Below are positions 52,783 to 61,000 of a stretch of DNA of 64,000 bases, one piece after another. Location of the stretch: contig DAOOPF010000004.1 of the NCBI GenBank assembly GCA_035388125.1, positions 540 to 64,539 of the forward strand, read 5' to 3'. The DNA comes from a bacterium (GTDB lineage Bacteria > Zhuqueibacterota > Zhuqueibacteria > Residuimicrobiales > Residuimicrobiaceae). Both the position numbers and the translations under genes were made by a program. The first letter of the stretch is position 1, and every line of letters starts with the position of its first letter. The notes beneath the pieces were generated by a model that was given only the letters and a program-made list of their open reading frames with translations, made no database searches and had not been told where the DNA came from.

Positions 52783-55143
52783 CTACTCCGCGCTCTCCAT
52801 GCGCTTGCGCAGCTCGATGGACTGGGAGTAGAACTCTTGCAGCGACATCTTTTTAAGATAAACCATGCCATGAGCGCCGCGCAGCCGGGGATGCGTGCTC
52901 TCGTTGAAATAGCTCCTGCCGAGGCAGAGTTTCATCCACTGATACTGTTCAACCAGCACCTTACGCGAGAGCTGGGAGAAGGGGCCGTCGAACTCGTAGC
53001 TGGGGAACGACGCGGTGCGCTGGGAGCCAAAGCAGGCATCGAACACCGATTCAAGCACGGAGAGGGAATTAAGCGAAACCGGCACCATGGTGGTCGCCTC
53101 AGAGGGATGAAAACGGAACCAGACGTTCCGGTATCCCCATACCTGGATGTCGTGTTTGCCGCTTTCCTTCTCATAGATCTGCAAGGCCTGGGCCAGGGTC
53201 TGCAGCACCTTGTAATGGGTATCGGGTCCGCTCCCCTCCGGATCGAAGGCGAGGGTGACCACGGAGGGCTGGACCTGCTTGAGCAGATTCAGCACCGGCA
53301 CCACATCGCGGTCTTCCTGCGGATTCTCGGTAAAGATCTCACCCTTGTAAAAGCCGAGGCGGAGGTGGTGGACGTGGCTCGAATTAAAGCCGAGGTGGCC
53401 CCATTTGAGGTCCGATTCCCACTCGCGGATCATTCCCTTGAGCTGCTGGATATAGGGCAGGTCTTTTTTGCCGGGATATTGGGTCTTGAAGTAGAGTATG
53501 AGCTCGGCGACGCGATTTTTAAGCTGGCCGGTGCTGCTCTCTTCGAAGATATGGATCATATTGCGTAAAAGCCGGCGGGCCTCGCCCTCATCCCGCATGT
53601 ACTCGCTGTGGGCGGCCACCCCGTCCAGATACTGGTACATGTCCCGGTTGCGTCCCAGTTCATTGGCAGGGTCGAAATAGCCTTCACTGAGCAGGCGCTG
53701 GAATTCCTGGGTGTCAATGAAGCGCTGCAGGTTTTCCAGCAGATCGCGGGCATAGGTATTGGTGACGGCGTTGAAGCCGCTGGTCAGGTAAGTGAAGTGA
53801 TGCGAATTTTTGGCGCTGCGCACCAGGTGGATGATATAAGGCCAGTAGCCCAGGATGATGTCATCGTGGTGGGGTGCGGTATGGAGAAAAGTATGGCCCT
53901 CAAGCGGCGCCAGCCCCTCCTCAATCTTGCTTTTAAGTCTGGCGGAGACATAGTCACCAAGCTGGACGGGCGTCATACCGCTGTTTTTCAGGACCAGGGC
54001 CGATGAGCGGATCGAGGCGTAATCTTGCTCGTCGAGTTCCCAGAGGTGCTTTCTCCGCTCCCTGGCCAGGTCAACAACGATATGTTCGACCTCGTGTTCG
54101 GGGATGGGGTCCATCCTGGTGACATTTTCATAGCGCCTTTCCGTGAGCAGGATGGCGGCGCCATGCGTGAGGTAAAAGCGGGCGTTTGGAAGTTTATGGA
54201 GAGCGGAAGCGGGGTATTGATTGTCCGCTTTCTGCTCGACCGCGTCCTTGATGACACGTGCTTTGGCCTCGCCGGCGGCGATGATGATCGCCACAGAGCG
54301 GGGATTATAGGTGATGGTATCCAGACCGATCGTGATCACCAGCCGGTTGCGGGCGACCTCGATGCCGCCGAGGTCCGATGCGGCAGCGGCCTGGGTTTCG
54401 TAGTTGGTAGCGGTCAGACGGGTGGTCGAAAAGTGGTCTGAACCCCGGACGTTGAAGCCGATGTGGCCGTCCGGTCCGATGCCGCCAAGAAAAAAGCCGA
54501 TGCCGCCCATGGCGCGGATTTGGGCTTCGTATTCGGTGCAGTACTGATCCACGCGGGTGATAATTTTCTGCTGCATCTTTTCGAGGCGGGTCTTGGGCTG
54601 ACGGGTGCGAAGAGAGAGATCGACGATTTCGTCCGGAAAGGCCTCCGCTGGTGTCTTGCTTTCGGGCACACCGAGACCCCAGGCGTTGATGAGCAGGGCT
54701 TTTTTCGGATCGAGTCCGAAGCCGCGGATATAGAAGGTATTGATATAGTGGTAAAAGCTGTTGACCTGGGTGGGATTGATCGGGTAGAATTCATCGATCT
54801 GCACGAAGCGCAAGCCGGACATCTGCGGTTTTTTGCCGGCATCGACGCCGTTGGCTTCCAGATCCTTGCGGATGTCGGGGGTTTCCCAGTCGCGCAGGTA
54901 GCGGGTCACCCATTTGATAAAGTGCTCGGGGGTTTTTCCGGTGGGCAGGGAGATGATGCCCTCGGGGTTTTCCTGCACCCATTCGAGGAAACGAAGCGCA
55001 GTCAGCTTGCCGAGCATGGGAAAGTTCTCCACCTCGACGATGGCGATTTTCTCCTGCGGCGCATAGATGAACTTGCGGCCGCTCCGCTCCACGGCCAGCA
55101 TTTCGACCTTAGAAGATCCGGTTTTTGTCTGTTTCTTGTCCAT
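52783..55143 (-). CDS. Long-form glucosamine-6-phosphate deaminase/isomerase-like protein (NagB-like N-terminal domain + LmbE/PIG-L-like C-terminal region)
   Basis: 786 aa. SLPTGKTP and GIGPDGHIGFN (NagB family). Later HTAPHHDDIILGY resembles the PIG-L AHPDD motif. Confidence 0.6.
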   Translation of the reverse strand: MDKKQTKTGSSKVEMLAVERSGRKFIYAPQEKIAIVEVENFPMLGKLTALRFLEWVQENPEGIISLPTGKTPEHFIKWVTRYLRDWETPDIRKDLEANGVDAGKKPQMSGLRFVQIDEFYPINPTQVNSFYHYINTFYIRGFGLDPKKALLINAWGLGVPESKTPAEAFPDEIVDLSLRTRQPKTRLEKMQQKIITRVDQYCTEYEAQIRAMGGIGFFLGGIGPDGHIGFNVRGSDHFSTTRLTATNYETQAAAASDLGGIEVARNRLVITIGLDTITYNPRSVAIIIAAGEAKARVIKDAVEQKADNQYPASALHKLPNARFYLTHGAAILLTERRYENVTRMDPIPEHEVEHIVVDLARERRKHLWELDEQDYASIRSSALVLKNSGMTPVQLGDYVSARLKSKIEEGLAPLEGHTFLHTAPHHDDIILGYWPYIIHLVRSAKNSHHFTYLTSGFNAVTNTYARDLLENLQRFIDTQEFQRLLSEGYFDPANELGRNRDMYQYLDGVAAHSEYMRDEGEARRLLRNMIHIFEESSTGQLKNRVAELILYFKTQYPGKKDLPYIQQLKGMIREWESDLKWGHLGFNSSHVHHLRLGFYKGEIFTENPQEDRDVVPVLNLLKQVQPSVVTLAFDPEGSGPDTHYKVLQTLAQALQIYEKESGKHDIQVWGYRNVWFRFHPSEATTMVPVSLNSLSVLESVFDACFGSQRTASFPSYEFDGPFSQLSRKVLVEQYQWMKLCLGRSYFNESTHPRLRGAHGMVYLKKMSLQEFYSQSIELRKRMESAE

Positions 55144-55358
55144 GTTTCACATCCGCCAGAATGAGTTTCAAGTGAAATTGACAATTTCAGAGTAATATAT
55201 CAAAAATAAGAATAATTCAAAAGCATTTCTTGTCCCACCGGGCGCTGCCATCTGAGCTGGCTGCTGGCCTCCCTCCTGCTTCGCACGGCATCAAGAAGCT
55301 TGCTGCCAAGCGTAAAATTACGTATATTGCTGCATCATAATGCCAAGGAGCCGTCTCT

Positions 55359-57233
55359 ATGAAACCTGTCGAGGTACTGTGTATGATCCTGCTTTTAACC
55401 ACCGCCGGTGTCGTGCAGAGCCAGACCCGCCCGCGCACAGAAGTTGCGCCCGAGTATACCTGGAATACAGCCGATCTTTTTCCGGACGCAGCAGCCTGGC
55501 GGAACGCCATGAATCAGCTCAACGATCTTGTGCCCGAGATCGCCGCTTTCCAGGGGAAACTAGCCAGTTCCGCCCGCGATCTTTACGCCTGTCTCGAGCT
55601 GCGCACCGAGCTATCTCGCCGGTTCGGCCGGCTCTCCACCTATGCCGGTCTGCTCTCCGACCAGGATACCCGGGACAGCGAAGCCCTGGCGATGAAGCAG
55701 GAAACCAGCCAGCTCGGCGTCGACCTATCCAGCCGTCTGGCTTTTATCGAACCCGAGATCGCCGCCCTCACTTCTGCCCGGATCGACCAGTTCATCGCGC
55801 AGGAGGAAGGGCTGGAAACCTATGCTTTTTATCTGCGGGATGTGCTGCGCCGGAAAGCCCACAAGCTCTCCGCCGCCGAGGAAAAGATCGTCGCCGAGGC
55901 TGGCCTGATGTCCGATGCCGCCTATTCCACCTATTCCATCTTCAGCAATGCCGAACTGCCTTATCCCGAGGTTAAGCTGAGCGATGGCACCACTGTGCTG
56001 GTAGATCAGGCGGGTTACAGCCGCTATCGCACCCTGCCCGTCCGCGAAGACCGGGAGAAGGTCTTCCAGGCCTTTTTTACAACGTTGGGGCAGTTCCGCC
56101 GCACTTTCGGCACGCAGCTCTATGCCAACGTCAAACGTGACATGTTTTATGCGCGAGCGCGGCGCTACGAGAATTGTCTCTCCACCGCCCTGGATGACAA
56201 TGCGATTCCGGTCGAGGTCTATCACGCCCTGATCAGAAACATCAACACGAATCTGCCCACCTTCCACCGATATCTCAAGCTGCGCCAGCGCATGCTCGGG
56301 GTCCCACAGCTGGAGTACCACGACCTCTACGCACCGGTCGTCAAGGGGGTAGAACTGAACTATGCCTATGACGAGGCCCGGCAGCTGATTCTCACTGCAC
56401 TCGCCCCCCTCGGCAGTGACTACCAGAAAGTGGTTGAGGAGGCCTTTCGTTCCCGCTGGATCGATCTCTATCCCACAACCGGCAAGCGCTCAGGCGCCTA
56501 TTCCAACGGCTCGGCCTATGACGTGCACCCCTACATCCTGATGAACTACAGCGGCCAGTACAACGATGTCAGCACACTGGCGCACGAGTTGGGCCATGCC
56601 CTGCACAGCCACTTTTCCAACAGCAGCCAGCCCTACCCGCTCGCCGACTATCCCATCTTCGTCGCTGAAGTGGCCAGCACCCTGAATGAAGCCCTTCTCA
56701 TCGATCACATTCTCAAAACGATCAAGGATGACGATATCCGGCTCTCCCTGCTGATGAGCCATCTGGACGGCATCAAGGGAACCCTTTTCCGCCAGACCCA
56801 GTTCGCCGAATTCGAGCTGGCCATCCACGAGGCGGCGGAGCGCGGTGAGACCCTGACCGGGGACAAGCTGACCGAGCTCTACCGGGCGATTTTCAGGAAA
56901 TATTACGGAGCCGATCAAGGGATCTGCGATGTGGATGACCTTTACGCACTGGAATGGGCTTTCATCCCCCATTTTTATTACAACTTTTATGTATATCAAT
57001 ACTCCACAGCCTTTACCGCTTCGACGGCCCTTTCCCGGAAGATTCTCAATCATGAAAAAGGCGCCGTAGAGTCCTACCTGGAATTCATTTCAGCAGGCGG
57101 TTCGGATTACCCGATCGAGCTGCTGAAAAAGGCGGGCGTGGATATGACCACCACCGAACCCTTCACCCAGGCGATGGCGGCGATGAACCGCACCATGGAC
57201 GAAATCGAAAAGATTCTCGACAAGCGCAAATAG
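55359..57233 (+). CDS. pepF: Oligoendopeptidase F (M3B family), secreted
   Basis: 624 aa. Signal peptide, HELGHALH zinc site, typical PepF length. Confidence 0.85.
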   Translation: MKPVEVLCMILLLTTAGVVQSQTRPRTEVAPEYTWNTADLFPDAAAWRNAMNQLNDLVPEIAAFQGKLASSARDLYACLELRTELSRRFGRLSTYAGLLSDQDTRDSEALAMKQETSQLGVDLSSRLAFIEPEIAALTSARIDQFIAQEEGLETYAFYLRDVLRRKAHKLSAAEEKIVAEAGLMSDAAYSTYSIFSNAELPYPEVKLSDGTTVLVDQAGYSRYRTLPVREDREKVFQAFFTTLGQFRRTFGTQLYANVKRDMFYARARRYENCLSTALDDNAIPVEVYHALIRNINTNLPTFHRYLKLRQRMLGVPQLEYHDLYAPVVKGVELNYAYDEARQLILTALAPLGSDYQKVVEEAFRSRWIDLYPTTGKRSGAYSNGSAYDVHPYILMNYSGQYNDVSTLAHELGHALHSHFSNSSQPYPLADYPIFVAEVASTLNEALLIDHILKTIKDDDIRLSLLMSHLDGIKGTLFRQTQFAEFELAIHEAAERGETLTGDKLTELYRAIFRKYYGADQGICDVDDLYALEWAFIPHFYYNFYVYQYSTAFTASTALSRKILNHEKGAVESYLEFISAGGSDYPIELLKKAGVDMTTTEPFTQAMAAMNRTMDEIEKILDKRK

Positions 57234-57354
57234 AAGAGCGTGCAGCACCCGTTTTCCGGCACACGAGCATCTTCAGGCTGTTCACCATCTCCCGATTATG
57301 GAATGCGGATGAAAGCCGGCGCGCCGAAAGCAGAGCAGTTACAGGTCAAGGCAA

Positions 57355-57386
57355 TAAAAAAGGCCCCTTTTCAGGGGCCTTTTTTA
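57355..57386. terminator. Bidirectional rho-independent terminator
   Basis: A6 run, AGGCCCCT-tttc-AGGGGCCT, then T6 run. Lies between pepF (+) and the lipoprotein gene (-). Confidence 0.85.
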
Positions 57387-57920
57387 TTAGATCAGCTTCT
57401 TCTCATACTTGACCTTGCAGGTCACCTTGAATTTTATTTTAAAGTTGAGCGGCGCCTGGTTTGCAGTGCCGGCAAATTTCATCTGGAGTGAGTGGTCAGC
57501 CCCGAGCAATTCATCCTCCACCACCTCCTCACCCGCTTCATCGACTTCCACTTCCTGCTCCTTTGCAGCAACGCTCGCCAGATTGACATTGGCAAAGGAG
57601 GTCAGGGTCGTGAAAGAGCTTCCATCCGCAGGAGCGACCGAAAGCAGTGCGCTGTTGATCTGCTGGCTGGCGGGACCGTTAAAATAGGTCACTATGTAGG
57701 TAACTTTGGTCACATTGACCGATTTAAGATCGTCCTCGAACTTGTCCAGATCGTCGCTGAACGAGGTGGCATTGATGAGTTCGGCCTTGGAGTAGGAAGT
57801 GCCATTATAATTGACGGTGTACTCTTTTTCCAGTGTGACGATAAAATCCTTGGAGAGTGTGCAGCCGGTCATTAGCGCCATCCCCATCAGCAACAGGGCC
57901 AAAACGCAGATCTTTTTCAT
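57387..57920 (-). CDS. Lipoprotein, function unknown
   Basis: 177 aa. Lipobox LMTGC after the signal peptide MKKICVLALLLMGMA. Confidence 0.65.
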   Translation of the reverse strand: MKKICVLALLLMGMALMTGCTLSKDFIVTLEKEYTVNYNGTSYSKAELINATSFSDDLDKFEDDLKSVNVTKVTYIVTYFNGPASQQINSALLSVAPADGSSFTTLTSFANVNLASVAAKEQEVEVDEAGEEVVEDELLGADHSLQMKFAGTANQAPLNFKIKFKVTCKVKYEKKLI

Positions 57921-58015
57921 AGCGATTCCTCACTGAAGTGAATGAAGGTACTATTTGGTAATAAATGTAATGGCAATACACCGCCGCTGCGGAAATTGAG
58001 CGAGAAAAAGGATGC

Positions 58016-58051
58016 ATAAAAAACGCCGGGAAGGCCTTGCGGCTTTCCCGG
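58016..58051 (-). terminator. Rho-independent terminator after the giant T9SS cargo gene
   Basis: Minus strand GCCGGGAAAGCC-gcaa-GGCCTTCCCGGC followed by GTTTTTTAT. Confidence 0.8.
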
Positions 58052-58092
58052 CATTTTATTCAGAGATAGAAGATCAGCTTTGCGTTTCTCTT

Positions 58093-61000
58093 CTACTTGA
58101 GGTAGAGCATGCGCTGGATTTTGGTATAGCTGCCAGCGACCAGACGGTAGAAGTAAATACCGCTCGCCATCTCCTGCGGACGCCAGGCGGTCTCGTAAAT
58201 GCCTGGTGCCTGTTCCTGATCGACCAGAATCGCCACCTCCCTGCCGAGGACATCGTAGATCCGGAGGGAGACCCGGGCCTGCGCAGGCAGCTGGTAGCGG
58301 AACTTGGTAGTGCCGTTGAAGGGATTGGGATAATTGTTTTCGAGCTTGAAGGTCTGCGGAATCTCCGCGATCTCTTCGGCTTCGTTCGCCGGCACGGCGC
58401 CGAGGCGGCTCTTGGTCTGGACCTGGAACTCCACTACCTGACGGTAGAGGCTGTAGACCGGTTCCAGAAGGACCAGCTTGACGTAGCGGGCCTTGACGTT
58501 GGTGCCGAGCGCATACCAGGTCTCATCGCCGCTCTTGATCCGGGAGGTATAGACCTCCTTGAAATCAGCCTCTTCGGTGCTTGCAGTGGAGACCAGCACC
58601 TTGAAACGGGCAGCCTGACGGCCTGATTCGCTGTCATCATCGCTGCCATTGTCGGTCTGCAGGACGAGGTAGTTGAACTTGTAGAGGCCTCCGTCCGCAA
58701 AGCCGTAGATGGCCCACGGCGATTTCTGGGCGTTACCGTACTCAGGCGAGAGGGCTGTTGCCGTGCCGCCCCATCCTTCCGTAACGCCGTCAACTGCCTT
58801 CTCCCAGCCCTCCTTGCTGTGGGTGGGCGAGCCGGAGATGAAGACAAGCTGGTTGGGTTTCAGCTCTTTCCCATCAGCAGCAGCAGTGACTGAGCTGGTC
58901 ACGTCGGCTCCGGTGAGGTTGTTCTGGAACCAGGCCCCGTTGGCGTAGGGATTGATCGCGTCATTGACCGGCACGACGGCCAGGAAGAGCTTGTCGCGGT
59001 CCTGACGCATCAGGGTGTACTCGGTGACGTTGCCAAGGAAGAGCGAATCGGGCCGGATAAAGGAGCAGGGCTCGAAATGGCTGCGATCCTTGGCAGTGTA
59101 GAGCACATAGCCGGAGGCGTGGACTGCGGGCTCCCAGCTGATCTTGATGCCGGTGAGCGGGGTTTCGATGACGGTGACCTTGTTCGGTGCGATGCCGGCG
59201 GCATCGTCTGCCAGGGAGATGGCATCGAGGTGGCGGCGGGCGAAGAAGAGGTCCATGGCCCTTTCCGCTTTGGCTTCGATGGCCGCGGCCTGGTCCGGAC
59301 GCAGCCGGGCGGCGATGCGGGCCTGGTGGATATGCTGTGGCACCAGGAGACCGAGGTTTTCAAAGTCATATTCGCGGCAGTCGTTCTTGTGCTTGCGCAC
59401 ATAGTCGCGGGTCTTGACGATGAAATTGTAATGCCATTCAAGAGAAGGCTGGATGGCGCTGCCGCGGTTGTGATCATTCCAGGTTTCGATCAGGATCCAC
59501 GGCATATCCAGAGCGCCCTTGTAAGCAAAGGCCTCTTCCCAGGTCCAACGGTAGGTGAGGGTATCGCGACGGGACATCCAGTGTTTGTCGCCGATTGTCC
59601 AGCTGCGATCATCATAGCCGGGCCAGACACTGCGTACGCCGAAGAGGAGATTACCCTGTGCGGCGGGCGAGTTGGCCCGTGCATAGAACTGGTCAAGATA
59701 GGGCTTGCCCCAATCCTTGCCGGTGAGGTCGTCCCACTTTTCGGGCAGGGTCTGCACCCAGGGATAAACCACATCCATGGGGACAAAGATCTCATCCTCG
59801 ACGCCGTTCCAGGCCAGGAAGGCATCCTTGGGCAGCGTGGTATCCGCCACGACACGGTAGGTCTCGGGCAGGATGTTCACCTCCGGCTGATTGTAGATCC
59901 AGAGCGGCCGGCGGCGTCCCTCGCGGGTGCCCCAGTAGGCGGGATGGGTCATGAGCGAATCGGCGACGTAGACCATATTGGAGTCGATGGCGCCGATAGC
60001 GCGTTCATTGTAGGAGCAGATGATCTGGAAGTTAAAGCCCTGACCATTGTAGCGCTCCCACAGGCGGTCCGCCGTATCCAGAAGACCGTTGATACCGATG
60101 TTTTCATACGACTTGTGTCCGAACCAATCGACGACAAAGCCATCGATGCCGGATGCCCAGGCGAGGAGAATGTCGTACTCCCACACCAGGGGATCGCGGG
60201 ACGAGAAGAATTCGAAGAGGCTGGTGTCGGCCTGTCCGCCCAGATACTCCGGTTTCCAGTGGCGCAGGGAGGAATCGGCGTTGGCACGGTCGTACCAGGG
60301 TTCATACCAGGCCAGAACGAGTTTGTCGCAGCCGGCATCCTCGCGCCAGTAGCCGAAATCGGCCTCCCGGTAGTGCTGCTGATCGGCGAGAGTGACGATG
60401 TACTCGCTGAAAGCCGAGGTCAGGAAATACCCTTCAGGCAGGGTCGAGACATCGACATAGACGCGATACTCGCCGGGCAGGAGCGTTCTGAAGAGGTACT
60501 TGCCTTCGGCATTGGTGAGCTGCTTGGCGGTCTCGCCGGTGTTGATCTCCTCGAGGCGCAGGAGAACATTGGGGATTCCCGGTTCGCCCGGATCCTGCAG
60601 GCCGTCGCGGTTGATGTCGAACCAGACGAAATCGCCGATGCTGCCATAATTGGAGCGGTAGCCGAAATCGGCATCGCGGCGGTGCTCATCCGGAGCCAGG
60701 CAGAGCGTCATGGGATTGTTGTAGGTGCTGGTGACGTAGCTGCGCGGCAGGGTCGTTTCATCGACGCTGACGATGTAGCAGCCCGGCACGACATCATCGA
60801 AGAGATAGTTGCCGTTTTCGTCCGTGACTGTCTCCGCGACCGGATTGCCGAGGGTATCGGTGAGGACGACGCGGATGCCGGGCAGGCCCATTTCATCAGC
60901 ATCCTGCACCCCGTCGTTACTGTTGTCTTCCCAGACATAGTCGCCGACGGAGGCCAGTTTGATGAGGCCGGCATCCCAGGTGGAATCATGGACCGCCAGG

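Noticed and set aside
55144-55358. Promoter-like hexamers (TTGACA at about 55178; TTGAAT...TATATT on the minus strand) in the divergent nagB-like/pepF intergenic region
   Set aside because: The spacer lengths (12-15 nt) do not fit, so no confident -35/-10 pair could be assigned.
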